A stretch of 64,000 bases of DNA from Methanotrichaceae archaeon (GCA_963813075.1 CAWEXU010000030.1:384001-448000); one strand, 5' to 3'; numbered from the stretch's first letter, positions 1 to 10,867 are shown. Program-made: numbers and translations. The notes: generated by a model not told the origin, from the sequence alone.

Positions 1-13
1 CAAAGATGACAAT

Positions 14-1213
14 CTATCTAAATAATTTTATAATATTTTCAGAAAATCTGCTGCCTGCTTCCTCAATATCGCCTAAAGAAAAAGTGGCACTCATCACTCG
101 AATGTCTCCCCATTTTTCATCTAGAGGCCGCTCCAAATCCACCGGATAAACAAGAATTGCATCCCTGCATCCGTTCGCAATGGCGTAGGATACCACCTGA
201 TAGATATCGCCATTGGATGGAGCACCAACCTTATACTTGGTGTCCATGATGCATATGCATTTATGATGGGGCTCTTCATAGAGAAGCAAATCAATTGTGA
301 TTATCCTTTTCTGCCTAGGATCTACAATCTTATTCTTCTGGGCTTCAATTGAGTATCCCTTCATGGGATGCGCTTTGAGCCATTCCGCCACGAATCGCTC
401 ATAAAGTCGGGACATGTCTACTACGAAGGGGATCATCTCCCTTTTTCCGACTCTAAATTCTGGGCCCAGGTGCTCCAGGAACAATCTGCAAAGGGCATGC
501 ATCGGCCTGTAGTCGTCATTCAGGCGGTTGTAGTGCCGACCCTGGCAAGCTTCAGGGCCACAAGGCACGGGTTTAGCAAAAGATAACAGCCTTCGATAAG
601 CTTGAGATACGAAGGGCAGCGAGTGCTCGGTACAGAGTCCGCTGCGAAGCAGCTGCCAAAGTGTCCATGCCAGAATGCGGTTGTCATCAACATCGGATGT
701 GTGCTCCTCGAAGTGGCATTTGAGATTCACTTCCCAAGGCCTGATACAGGCATTCTTCAGGTCTATTCGTCCTCGAACGCATGAGATATGATCTGATCTG
801 GGCAAATAGGAGTGATAGAATCCTTGCATGCTCCGATCCAGCACCCTGTGAGCCAGGATATTTGCCATTCGGTCGTAGAAGTCCTCAATAGTATCGCAGT
901 TTAATAGTGCCTTGTCAGACAACTGGAAGCTAGTGAGGTTGTAAGCATATTCCAGCATCCTGAATAGATCTCTGATTTGAATTCCTGGCTTGGGAAGCAA
1001 TCTCAAACCGATATCAGAGGTCAGGGGAATATACCCCACCCATCCCTGGGATTTTAGCCTCCATTTGGAGCCAGGAAGGAAGGAGGTCTCCTCTACGGTT
1101 ACCTTATCGCCATGTCTCTGCTTGATTAGTTCAGCTGCTTCTATAGGCAGCTCTTCCCGGCTAACCTCTACGGGGATGAATTCTGGGAGTTCGATAACGA
1201 TCCTGGTGTTCAT
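14..1213 (-). CDS. mcrC: McrC-family restriction endonuclease subunit
   Basis: McrC-like motifs (GWVGYI, FRMLEYAY, VRGRID, DM..LYERFV, C-terminal ID..DTKYK..DIYQVVSYA PD-(D/E)xK). The start at 1213 overlaps the mcrB stop (ATGA). Confidence 0.92.
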   Translation of the reverse strand: MNTRIVIELPEFIPVEVSREELPIEAAELIKQRHGDKVTVEETSFLPGSKWRLKSQGWVGYIPLTSDIGLRLLPKPGIQIRDLFRMLEYAYNLTSFQLSDKALLNCDTIEDFYDRMANILAHRVLDRSMQGFYHSYLPRSDHISCVRGRIDLKNACIRPWEVNLKCHFEEHTSDVDDNRILAWTLWQLLRSGLCTEHSLPFVSQAYRRLLSFAKPVPCGPEACQGRHYNRLNDDYRPMHALCRLFLEHLGPEFRVGKREMIPFVVDMSRLYERFVAEWLKAHPMKGYSIEAQKNKIVDPRQKRIITIDLLLYEEPHHKCICIMDTKYKVGAPSNGDIYQVVSYAIANGCRDAILVYPVDLERPLDEKWGDIRVMSATFSLGDIEEAGSRFSENIIKLFR

Positions 1214-3600
1214 TGGTTTATGCGGTCCATTATGTTTTTCCATCTGTAATTGTTCAATTTTTCCTTATCGTGGAAGAAGTACTCTTCAAGATAGGGCTCA
1301 ATCTCCATCTTCCAGATATCTTCCAATTGATCGTCCAAATCCTCATTAATGAAGTAGGAGATACCTACTTCGTACTGTGGATCCCTGATATCTTCGTTCA
1401 AGCCCTTTAAGACCTGAATTAGCCCATCTACGGGAAATCCGGTTCTTTTTTGTTCATGGTACATCCTTAAGATGCCGTACTCCGGCTGCAGGCGCAGGAA
1501 GGCAAATCTTCTGCGCAATGCGTGATCTACCAGAGCAATAGACCTGTCAGCCGTGTTCATTGTGCCGATTATCCTCACATTTTCAGGTATGCTAAAGCCC
1601 TCTCCAGCCGCCAATTGGATCTTTTTCCCTCGGTATTCCAGAAGATACATCAGCTCGCCGAAGACTCGGGCGAGGTTTGCCCGGTTGATCTCATCGATGA
1701 TTAGAACGCACATGCCATTGCAATTGCGGGCTCTATTGCAGAAATTCAAGAACTGTCCGGGGATAATAGAGTATTCAAGATTGCCGTCATCATCTCGGAT
1801 TTTTGGCCTTATTCCCTGGATGAAGTCCTCGTAGGAATATGCAGGGTGAAACTGTATGATGTCTTTGAAGCCATAACCTCCGCCTATGAGGTGTCTTGCT
1901 ATATGGTCTGCAACGAAGGTCTTTCCAGTTCCTGGCGGGCCGTAGATTATGGCTTGACCCTTGCGATGTATTGCTTTGATCCAACTATCAAGGCGATCTT
2001 TATCCAAACCAGTCTCTTTTGAGCATTGCTCCAAGGAATAATCGAGATTTTTGCGCGGAAAGCGGATCAAATCTTTGATAGCTTTTGCCTCTTCGTCGGT
2101 TAAGGCAAAAATGGTTCCTTGTGGTTGGCGCAGGATTTGCATTGATTTAAGTAGAGGATCATTAAGAAGCTCCTGGGGCGAAATTACCTTCTCAAGAATC
2201 CGTTCGATGGAGATGCGAACATCAAAGAACTCATCGCTTTCTTCGCTGAGGATCTTTGCGACTCCAACAATTCCTGCATCTTCTCCTGACTTCCACAGGT
2301 ATACTGTATCGTTTGCATGGATCTTATCACGGTGTTGATCTACTTTCCATGTCATCTCATTTATCTCGTTAATTGACTCATTGATATCGAAAGTATTGGG
2401 ATTAGCCTGGAATATCCAAGAGGAAGATATGCCCAGAAGAGCAAATTCGGGCCATTTTGTCTCTGGCTGATCGGTTTGAATAAACTTCAAAGCTTCTGAA
2501 GTAAGTCGCCAGAGATATCCTTCTTTTACACCGCCGTTAGTGTTCAACGGACCATCCTTAATGGCCAACTCTTGAAGATCTCCGGAGAATTTGCTTAGAG
2601 GAATGGGCGGGATAAGATCGTGATAATCAACCTGAACCATATTGACTTCATCATATCTGCCATATGGCCGATTGGCAGCAACTGCAGAAGCGGTGGCCCG
2701 GCCAACATATAGCAATTTGCCATTCGCATAGTGTAGTATGATATCCTCAGGTACAATTTCTACAAGTCTCTCCCAATGGGAGAAAAAGCGACGGCCTTCG
2801 GATTTTTTAGGAGCACAGAGGACACCATCTTTTTGCTCTTCCTTGATCGAGCTTCCTTGATTAACCCACCAAACATTCTTCACAAGGCGTGGATTTAAAA
2901 GCCTTTCAAGTTCAAGCTCTTTACCATCGAAAATAGCCTCAACCTTTTTATTATAACACACAAAAATAAGGGATTGAATATCCACCATATCTTGAGGTTT
3001 ATATTCTATTAAATCATCCTTGAGTTGATGGGAGATCTCCTTGATATTGAAATAAGTTTCACCAGATGGAGTGGAATTGAATCCCAGATCCTCAACACCT
3101 AGATATTTAAAAAATGCCTTAGTGGCCTTTGGTTTGATGAACATCTCCGTATCAGGATGACACATGAAGAGGAAGTAGGTTGGAAAGGTCCATTTATTAG
3201 GAAGCCCATTATCCTTAACAAATTTTAAGAAACCATCGAGTCTGTCTTGAGATGGACTCGATCCATGGAGGAGCTGAAATATCTGTCTGCAGAATGACTG
3301 CTTGTCCAGCTTATCATCTTCGAGGATTGCTAGATCGCCTGTTGACGGCACATTCGTCCAGAGAAGATTCGTTGCATTCGCGATGCTCTTAAGCCTTGAG
3401 ATGATTTCATCGAATTTATTCTCGTCCAACAATCTGCTCAATTCAGCCTCACTCAATAGCTCTTTTGCTTTTGCTATGGCCTCACGCTTGTAATCGGTCT
3501 CGTCCTCCAAATAGCTCGAATCTGAAAAATTGGTCCATCCAGGGTAGGTCTTTTGCATTAATGAGACTAAATCTTCGATCTTCTGTTTGGCAATTGGCAT
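1210..3600 (-). CDS. mcrB: McrB-family AAA+ GTPase with long N-terminus containing a PUA-like (WWVNQG) and an EVE-like domain
   Basis: GPPGTGKT Walker A, QFHPAYSYEDFIQG, IIDEINRAN Walker B and NTADRS signature; directly upstream of mcrC. Confidence 0.93.
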   Translation of the reverse strand: MPIAKQKIEDLVSLMQKTYPGWTNFSDSSYLEDETDYKREAIAKAKELLSEAELSRLLDENKFDEIISRLKSIANATNLLWTNVPSTGDLAILEDDKLDKQSFCRQIFQLLHGSSPSQDRLDGFLKFVKDNGLPNKWTFPTYFLFMCHPDTEMFIKPKATKAFFKYLGVEDLGFNSTPSGETYFNIKEISHQLKDDLIEYKPQDMVDIQSLIFVCYNKKVEAIFDGKELELERLLNPRLVKNVWWVNQGSSIKEEQKDGVLCAPKKSEGRRFFSHWERLVEIVPEDIILHYANGKLLYVGRATASAVAANRPYGRYDEVNMVQVDYHDLIPPIPLSKFSGDLQELAIKDGPLNTNGGVKEGYLWRLTSEALKFIQTDQPETKWPEFALLGISSSWIFQANPNTFDINESINEINEMTWKVDQHRDKIHANDTVYLWKSGEDAGIVGVAKILSEESDEFFDVRISIERILEKVISPQELLNDPLLKSMQILRQPQGTIFALTDEEAKAIKDLIRFPRKNLDYSLEQCSKETGLDKDRLDSWIKAIHRKGQAIIYGPPGTGKTFVADHIARHLIGGGYGFKDIIQFHPAYSYEDFIQGIRPKIRDDDGNLEYSIIPGQFLNFCNRARNCNGMCVLIIDEINRANLARVFGELMYLLEYRGKKIQLAAGEGFSIPENVRIIGTMNTADRSIALVDHALRRRFAFLRLQPEYGILRMYHEQKRTGFPVDGLIQVLKGLNEDIRDPQYEVGISYFINEDLDDQLEDIWKMEIEPYLEEYFFHDKEKLNNYRWKNIMDRINQ

Positions 3601-3631
3601 TTACTTATCCCCTCGATCCTGCAAAGCCGGC

Positions 3632-5171
3632 TCAAAACTCATAGCGCTTTCCCTCTTCCACCAGCAGCACATTCTCGAAATTACTGGCAAACCACTTCCG
3701 TGCCTCGGTATGAACCGGCACTATGCAATCCGGATCTATCTGCTCGATAGCCCAGGTGATATCCTCGGTCGATGCATGGCCCGAAGCATGATAGCGCTTC
3801 TCAAAGTCCAGATCGCCGTTCTCATCCAGGGAGAAGCCACGGGAATTGATATTAAAGCGCCGCAGCCAGTGCCACAGCCTCTTGAAATCGATCTCCATCT
3901 CCTCACTAAAGGCCTCGCAGGCAGAGTAGATGTAAGTTCCGCTTTCTGGCTTGATGTCCAGCAGGTGCTTCATATCAAAGAAGGAGAAGCACAGGATGTA
4001 ATCCTCTGGGCGCTTTCGGATCGAGGTATGATCAACGTATCGATCAGCATAATGAGTCTCGACAACCTCCTGCTCCCATTTCCTCTTCGATTTATCCATG
4101 ATCTCGCTGTAGATCCGAAGCTCATCGGTGGTACATGATCCGCCGATGCACTGCAGAGTGTGCAGCATATAGATATCCTTGGCCATGGCCACCAGCTCCC
4201 TGCCGCTCTTCCGGGCAATCTCCTGGAAGGACTCCAGCCTCTCGAAGTTCCGGGGGGAGAAGTCGGCTATGACCAGGCCGGAGGAGGATTCAACGCTCTC
4301 CCTGCAGGCCTCACAGACCGATCGCTCAGAGGTCTTCTCCCCCTCAGACGGACCTGCTCGCGTTCCTTCCGTGATCAGAACAGATGCATCTTTTGCCCGG
4401 CTGATGAACTCCCGAGTGGATTGCTCTTTTTTGCCGTGCAGGCGAAAGTCGCCCGTATAGGCCACCGTCGTCTCGCCTCTGAGGATGTAGGCTGTAGCTC
4501 CGAAGATGGAGTGGTCGACGGGATGGGCGGAGATCTGGAAGGGGAAGGCGGCATTATCAAAGCAGCAGCATTTCCCTGGGTCCAGCTTCTTGGCTCTCTT
4601 GCCGTCCTGTCCAGGCTTGCGGGAGAGAAAAGAGGTCAGCGCATCGGATGGCTCCTCGGTGCAGCAGAAGTCCCTGCCCTGGCAGCTCATGCCGGCCGCA
4701 GATGAGAGATAAAGGCCGCCCAGCTTTTCGGATGCTTGGCGAGGAGAGAAATAGGCGGTGTCCGTCTCCAGGGAGGAGACGCCAGGTGTCCTGCATTCCT
4801 TTCATTATGGCAATGCTCTCCGCTGAGGCCACCAGGGGGATGTCCTTTTTCAGCATCCCGATATTGCCACAGTGATCGAGATGGGCGTGGGTGAGGAGGA
4901 CTGCCGTCACCTTGAGGGTGGGGAACTGGCTCATGGAAAGGTCAGAGGGGATGAGGTCCGGTCGGTAGATATTGAGCTTGGGCAGCAGGTCCAGGTGCAT
5001 GAGGTCGTGAATCCCGCGAGTGTCCCGGCTCTTTAAAAAATCCTCGTAGAAGGCCCCGTATTTGCCGAAGTTCTTGCCAAAATCCAGGAAGACCCCCTCT
5101 CCGCTCTGCTCAAGGTAGATCTTGTTTCCCCCGATGCCATGAGCACCATCATAGACCGTTAGCGATATCAT
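3632..5171 (-). CDS. Metallo-beta-lactamase/beta-CASP (RNase J-like) hydrolase, split by a +1 frameshift near 4785
   Basis: THAHLDH motif in ORF 4557-5171; YTGDFRLHG, LITEGT, HASGH and PVHTE motifs in ORF 3632-4690. Removing one base joins the two frames. Confidence 0.85.
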
Positions 5172-5243
5172 CTATCTCTCCCTCCTATAACCAATGCAGA
5201 GAATGGGAAGGAGAAATATAAGTTTTTTTGAGACAGCTCTTCT

Positions 5244-7790
5244 TCAGGCCTTATTCCTGCCATTGAAGATCTTCAGTGCTTCAAACCATAGAATGCTCCC
5301 TATCCCGGCGGCAAAACAAATGGCTATGTCAATAAAATGCAGATAGGCAAAGCTGAATATCTCTCGAAGGAAGGGGACATATATCGCCATTGCCAGGAAG
5401 ACCAGGGCTCCTCCCACCACCCACCAAAGGGCAGGATTGGGAGTGGTCATTGTCTCCAGGATGGTCCTGGTCCAGGATCTGTTTGCTAAAATCAGGGCCA
5501 GGTTTGCCGCAATGAGCGTGGTATAGGTCAGTGCCCTGGCTTCGGCTTCACCCTGACCACGATAGAGTGAGACGGCATAGATCGCCATCACTATGGCCAG
5601 GACGCTCAAGCCTTGAAGCAGACTGAGTCCCAATGCATGACTGCTAAACAGAGGGGCATTTGGATCTCTGGGCGGCCGGTCCATCACATCTCTCTCCTCC
5701 GGCTCGGCCTCAAAGGCAATTGAGCAGGCAGGATCGATGATAAGCTCCAGGAGGACCACATGAACCGGGAAAAATATCAACGGCCATCCCAGGAGCACGG
5801 GAATAAGCGAAATGCCGGCAATAGGCACATGTATGGCCAGAATGTAGGCCATGGCCTTCTTGATATTATCGAATATCCTGCGGCCTGACTTTACCGCCTT
5901 GACGATGGAGGAGAAGTCGTCGTCCAAGAGCACCAGAGATGCTGACTCGCGGGCCACGTCTGTGCCCCGGCCTCCCATGGCTATTCCGATATCGGCAGCT
6001 TTCAGGGCGGGTGCATCGTTCACCCCGTCGCCGGTCATGGCCACGACCTCTCCATTGGCCTTTAAGGCCGAGACAAGCCTCAGCTTCTGTTCAGGCGCAA
6101 CGCGTGAGAAAATTGACGTTTCCCGGACCTTCTCCTGAAGTTCTTGATCGCTCAGTCCTGACAGTTCGGGACCGGTAATGACCTTATCCGATGGTAGACC
6201 AATTTGCCTGGCTATAGCCTGAGCAGTGCCTGGATAGTCTCCAGTTATCATCACTACTCGAATCCCGGCAGAATAGCATTCCTTAATGGCCTCCGGAACC
6301 CCTGGCCGCACCGGGTCTTCCATACCGATCAAGCCCAGAAATTTGAACTGGAAGTCGTGCTGTCCATCGGGCAGATCAGTCTCCTGGAATGAGGCCTTGG
6401 CTACACCTAAGACCCGCATGCCCTCACGAGCCATGGTCTGGATGTTGTTGGAAAGCTCTTTTTGCTGATCTGGATCGATGTGACACAGTTCTGCAATCGC
6501 TTCCGGTGCACCCTTGGCAGCGATCACAAACTCATTTCCCGAAGTCGATCTCCAGACGCGGGACATGGCCAGCAGCTTTTTGGATAACGGATACTCCCGA
6601 ACCAGCTCCCAGTCCCGGTGGATGTGCTCAGTTCTGGCCAGGTAGTCCTCGCCCAGCTTTTTGAAGGCCTTCTCCATGGGGTCGAAGGGATCGATCTGAC
6701 TGGCCAGAATGGAAAACTCAACCACCTCATGAATGGCCTCTGGCAAATTATCTCTGCCGTCATCCAATTCGACGAATTCACCGCGAGCGAATATCCGTTT
6801 CACCTTCATGCGGTTCAAAGTTAAGGTGCCGGTCTTGTCCGTGCAGAGCACAGTGGCAGAGCCGAGCGTCTCTACCGCCGGAACACGCCGGGTCAAGACG
6901 TTATTCTGAGAGATTCTCCACGCTCCCAGGGCCAGAAATACGGTCAAGACCACCGGGAACTCTTCCGGCAGCACGGCCATGGCGGTGGTTATCCCTGCCA
7001 GGATTCCTTGCAGCCAGTTGCCTCGGGTTATGCCATAGGCAACCACTACCATTAGGCACAGTCCCAAACCGAGCAACGCCAGGTTGCGTACCAGCAGATT
7101 GGTCTCTTTCTGAAGGGCCGTCTCCTCTGACTTGACCTGCTCTAAAGCTCTTCCAATCTTGCCGATCTCCGTGTTCATTCCCGTAGCCCTGGCCACTGCC
7201 ACCCCCTGGCCCTGCACCACCAGGCTTCCAGAGTAGACGAATGGCAGATCATCTCCGCCCGGTCTGGCCATTACAGGCGAGTCGGTCTCAGCGCATACCT
7301 TCCGGACTGAGACCGATTCACCGGTGAGAAGGGATTCATCTGCAGAAAGATTGGTGCAGCTCAGCAAAACGGCATCTGCAGGCACACGGTCGCCTTCTGC
7401 AAGGACGATCAGATCTCCCGGGACCACATCCCTTCCCGCTATCCTTCTTTCCACACCATCCCGGATTACCAGTGCACGGGGGCTGGACATGTCTCGCAAG
7501 GCCTCTAGGGCCCTTTCAGTCTTGCGTTCCTGATAGAAAGTGATGCCCATAACGATCAGGACTGAGCCCATGAGTATCAGGGCCTCTTGAAGATCTCCAA
7601 GCAAAAAATAAACCAGACCGCCTGCTACCAGGAGCAGGAACATAGGCTCTTTGACAACTTCAAAGGCAATGGCAAAGGCGCTGCGGGGTTTGGCTGAGGG
7701 CAGCTCGTTGTAGCCCACTTCTGTTAGCAGTTTTGCCGCCTCGGCTTCGGTGAGGCCTCCAGCGGTTTTTATATCAAAATCCTCCGCCAA
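5244..7790 (-). CDS. Cation-transporting P-type ATPase (P2, Ca2+-type)
   Basis: TGES, PEE(F)P, DKTGTLT, KGAPE, MITGD and GDGVNDAPALK motifs. Start placed at a TTG after a GAGGT SD; exact start uncertain. Confidence 0.93.
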   Translation of the reverse strand: MAEDFDIKTAGGLTEAEAAKLLTEVGYNELPSAKPRSAFAIAFEVVKEPMFLLLVAGGLVYFLLGDLQEALILMGSVLIVMGITFYQERKTERALEALRDMSSPRALVIRDGVERRIAGRDVVPGDLIVLAEGDRVPADAVLLSCTNLSADESLLTGESVSVRKVCAETDSPVMARPGGDDLPFVYSGSLVVQGQGVAVARATGMNTEIGKIGRALEQVKSEETALQKETNLLVRNLALLGLGLCLMVVVAYGITRGNWLQGILAGITTAMAVLPEEFPVVLTVFLALGAWRISQNNVLTRRVPAVETLGSATVLCTDKTGTLTLNRMKVKRIFARGEFVELDDGRDNLPEAIHEVVEFSILASQIDPFDPMEKAFKKLGEDYLARTEHIHRDWELVREYPLSKKLLAMSRVWRSTSGNEFVIAAKGAPEAIAELCHIDPDQQKELSNNIQTMAREGMRVLGVAKASFQETDLPDGQHDFQFKFLGLIGMEDPVRPGVPEAIKECYSAGIRVVMITGDYPGTAQAIARQIGLPSDKVITGPELSGLSDQELQEKVRETSIFSRVAPEQKLRLVSALKANGEVVAMTGDGVNDAPALKAADIGIAMGGRGTDVARESASLVLLDDDFSSIVKAVKSGRRIFDNIKKAMAYILAIHVPIAGISLIPVLLGWPLIFFPVHVVLLELIIDPACSIAFEAEPEERDVMDRPPRDPNAPLFSSHALGLSLLQGLSVLAIVMAIYAVSLYRGQGEAEARALTYTTLIAANLALILANRSWTRTILETMTTPNPALWWVVGGALVFLAMAIYVPFLREIFSFAYLHFIDIAICFAAGIGSILWFEALKIFNGRNKA

Positions 7791-7981
7791 TAGCACTACC
7801 TCTCCCTGTACAATAGTCCGGGTATTTTCGTTGTTAATCCTGGGTGAAGAGATAGATATCAATCCATTGGTCTTCGGTTGAGAGATGATCAGTTGAGGAT
7901 TCGAAGGGCCTTTCAAAGCTCGGGCCATGATTGGTTCACTCCAATTTATCTTCAAGGTTTAAAAATGTAGTAAAATCCAAA

Positions 7982-8236
7982 ATGTGGTTAAATCCAAAGA
8001 TTTTAAGGAACCTCTTAGCATCTCCTTTTTATCCTGGCAGGATGTATCGATTTTCCATGTTCCTGCCTGGAGAGGATTACAGGGAATCCTTTCGCAAAGA
8101 ATGCCAATTCGCTATGGAGAGGAAGGGCAACATATTGGATATCGACGGCAGCGAAGCTGTGGAGGAACTGGCCCGGTCCCTGGAGAAAGTAGGGATAGCA
8201 AAGGTCAAGAAAGATAGCATCAAGTGGAAGCGATGA
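7982..8236 (+). CDS. Small hypothetical protein or gene fragment
   Basis: Protein-like C-terminal half, ends 9 bp before the AEC gene; no recognisable motif. Confidence 0.3.
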   Translation: MWLNPKILRNLLASPFYPGRMYRFSMFLPGEDYRESFRKECQFAMERKGNILDIDGSEAVEELARSLEKVGIAKVKKDSIKWKR

Positions 8237-8245
8237 GGACCGGCC

Positions 8246-9169
8246 ATGGCTTTTGAAACAACTCTCACCACCATGATCATCTTCTTTTTCATCCTGGCGG
8301 TGGGTTTTGTAGCCGGAAAATTAGGAATCATCAAGCAGGAGTTCATGGGGAGCTTCTCGCAGATGATCACGAAGATCTTTCTGCCCGCACTCATCTTCTA
8401 TTCAACCACCAGCAGCACAACGCGCCAGATGGTGTTCGAAAACTATTGGATTCTCATTCTGGCTGCGGGGTTCTATTTCCTGATCGCTGTTGTCACCTGG
8501 TCCTTAGCGCGAATCATGCGCATTCCGCACGACAAAGACCGCATTTTCCAGTTTGCGTTCATTTTCGGTAACACGGCATTTGTGGGTATGCCGTTGCTCG
8601 CAGCGGTATTCCCCGATTATGGGCTGTTTTTCATGTGTCTTTTTTCCATCGTCGATCAGTTGCTGTTTTGGACCTTTGGCATTTGGCTTTCAACAGCGCG
8701 CGACAGGCAAACGGCTCGCTTCAACCCAAAGAAGTTGCTCACACCCAACATCATCGCCATCCTTTTAGCGCTTGCATTTGTTCTGCTGGATATTCTGCTG
8801 CCGAGCATCATCAATAATGCCCTGGGCACCATTAGCAAGGCCACCGGTGCCTTGTGCATGCTCTATCTGGGGGCGATGATTTGCTTTTCCGAATTCGGTA
8901 CTGTGCTCAAGCGTGCCGAGGTGTACGTGGGCATTGCGGTCAAGATGGTTCTGCTGCCCATTGCCGTAGGTCTGCTGCTCATGCAAACGCCGCTGCCCTA
9001 TGAGATGGTCGCCTCCATGACCCTGGTCATGGCCCTTCCAGTCATGACGGTGGTGCCCATGATAGCCTCCGCAAATGGGCACGAAGGAGACTATGCCACG
9101 GGTATTGCCGTGGTGTCGTTTATAGCGTGTGTGGTTACCATTCCGCTGGTTGCCTTTGTGGTTCTCTAG
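8246..9169 (+). CDS. AEC (auxin efflux carrier) family transporter
   Basis: ~10 hydrophobic segments, LPALIF, FGNTAFVGMP and C-terminal TIP motif typical of Mem_trans/AEC. Confidence 0.88.
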   Translation: MAFETTLTTMIIFFFILAVGFVAGKLGIIKQEFMGSFSQMITKIFLPALIFYSTTSSTTRQMVFENYWILILAAGFYFLIAVVTWSLARIMRIPHDKDRIFQFAFIFGNTAFVGMPLLAAVFPDYGLFFMCLFSIVDQLLFWTFGIWLSTARDRQTARFNPKKLLTPNIIAILLALAFVLLDILLPSIINNALGTISKATGALCMLYLGAMICFSEFGTVLKRAEVYVGIAVKMVLLPIAVGLLLMQTPLPYEMVASMTLVMALPVMTVVPMIASANGHEGDYATGIAVVSFIACVVTIPLVAFVVL

Positions 9170-9416
9170 TGGAATGGGGATCAGTTCAACAGGAGGCCGA
9201 GCAAGAATGGCTGGGCTTTCTGGAACCGCAAAAGAACATTGCCGAGTAATTGAGAAATGGCTCATCAGCCCGATTTTAAAGGCGGACCACATCCCGTAGC
9301 TCCTCCACTCAGCTCCTGGCGATAGTGCGGGGCAAATTCTGTAGACTGGCAAAGCATAATGCTATAGTGCATGATGCACATAGTGCATTTAGGAATTGTA
9401 CTTGGGGGAATTGATT

Positions 9417-9914
9417 ATGCGTTATCAGCTGAAGAACAAACTATTCAGCATCGGCGGCGATGCGATGATCCAGGACGCCAGCGGGCGCGACCTGTTATTT
9501 GTGGATGGAAAAGCCATCAGCCTGGGACGGCGCTTAGAGATCAAGGACTTGCAGGGTAATGTGGCTAGCGACCATCCAGCAGCAGTTGATTGCCCTGACG
9601 CCCACCTTTGAGATTCACCAGCGTGGCGAAGTTCAGCGCCAAAATTTCCATGAAGCTGCTCTCGCTGCGCGACCGGCTGAAGATCGACGTGCCCGGCAAC
9701 GACGACCTGGAAGCGCGCGGCGATATCTTCCACCATGAGTACGGGATCTTCCGCGGCAGTCGCGAGGTGGCGCATATCTCGAAGGCGTGGATTGCCCTGA
9801 GCGACACCTACGGCATCGATATCGACGACGACCAGGACCAGGTGCTCATTCTGGCCTGCGCGGTGGTGATCGACGAAATTCTCGACATGCGCCAGAGCGG
9901 GACATTAGAATTAA
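9417..9914 (+). pseudogene. LURP-one-related (Tubby C-terminal-like/scramblase) gene, frameshifted copy
   Basis: Paralogue of 10221-10715 with indels near 9560-9630 and at the C-terminus; may partly be sequencing error. Confidence 0.8.
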
Positions 9915-9984
9915 ACGGAAGGCATGTTTTAAAGCCGCTCCGTTTTGTTTTCTTCATGCTGTTCGAGACGAGATTTGCGCTCCT

Positions 9985-10026
9985 GGCTTTCGGGCATCTC
10001 CATAGGGTTGCTCGCATGGCCGCAGG
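9985..10026 (+). repeat. GC-rich palindromic repeat R, copy 0 (5' half only, truncated at duplication junction)
   Basis: GGCTTTCGGGCATCTCCATAGGGTTGCTCGCATGGCCGCAGG. Confidence 0.85.
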
Positions 10027-10220
10027 AACCGCAAAAGAACATTGCCGAGTAATTCAGAAATGGCTCATCAGCCCGATTTTAAAGGCGGACCACATCCCGT
10101 AGCTCCTCCACTCATCTCCTGGCGATAGTGCGGGGCAAATTCTGTAGACTGGCAAAGCATAATGGCTATAGTGCATGATGCATATAGTGCATTTAGGAAC
10201 TGTACTTGGGGGAATTGATT

Positions 10221-10715
10221 ATGCGTTATCAGTTGAAGGACAAATTATTCAGCATCGGCGGCGATGCGATGATCCAGGACGCCAGCGGGCGCGATCTATT
10301 ATTTGTGGATGGAAAAGCTATCAGCCTGGGACGGCGCTTAGAGATCAAGGACTTGGAGGGCAATGTGGTGGCGAGCATACAGCAGCAGTTGATTGCCCTG
10401 ACGCCCACCTTTGAGATTCAGCAGCGTGAAGGATTCAGCGCCAGGATTTCCCTGAAGCTGCTCTCGCTTCGTGACCGGCTGAAGATCGACGTGCCCGGCA
10501 ACGACGACCTGGAAGCGCGCGGCAATATCTTTCAGCATGAATACGGGATCTTTCGCGGCAAGCGCGAGGTGGCACATATCTCGAAGGCGTGGATCTCCCT
10601 GGGCGACACCTACGGCATCGATATCGACGACGACCAGGACCAGGTTCTCATTCTGGCCTGCGCGGTGGTGATCGACGAAATTCTCGATATGCGCCAGAAG
10701 GCGGATTTTGATTAA
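10221..10715 (+). CDS. LURP-one-related / Tubby C-terminal-like protein
   Basis: MRYQLKDKLFSIGGD..VDGK..GNIFQHEY..AHISKAWISLGDTYGIDI..LILACAVVID pattern characteristic of the family. Confidence 0.88.
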   Translation: MRYQLKDKLFSIGGDAMIQDASGRDLLFVDGKAISLGRRLEIKDLEGNVVASIQQQLIALTPTFEIQQREGFSARISLKLLSLRDRLKIDVPGNDDLEARGNIFQHEYGIFRGKREVAHISKAWISLGDTYGIDIDDDQDQVLILACAVVIDEILDMRQKADFD

Positions 10716-10785
10716 ACGGAAGGCATGTTCCAAAGCCGCTCCTTTTTGTTTTCTTCATGCTGTTCGAGACGAGATTTGCGCTCCT

Positions 10786-10867
10786 GGCTTTCGGGCATCT
10801 TCCATAGGGTTGCCGCATGGCCGCAGGGCGCGGCGGGCGGGCGCTCGCATGCGCGGCGGGGCTGCCA
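10786..10867 (+). repeat. GC-rich palindromic repeat R, copy 1
   Basis: GGCTTTCGGGCATCTTCC..GGGTTGCCGCATGGCC..GGCGGGCGGGCGCTCGCATGCGCGGCGGGGCTGCCA. Confidence 0.88.

Larger units (their letters stand above)
9222..10826. repeat. Tandem duplication, period 803 bp (9222-10024 / 10025-~10826), each unit carrying a LURP-one gene
   Basis: Both units start GGAACCGCAAAAGAACATTGCCGAGTAAT and align throughout; the junction lies inside the GC-rich repeat (CCGCAGG). Confidence 0.95.
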
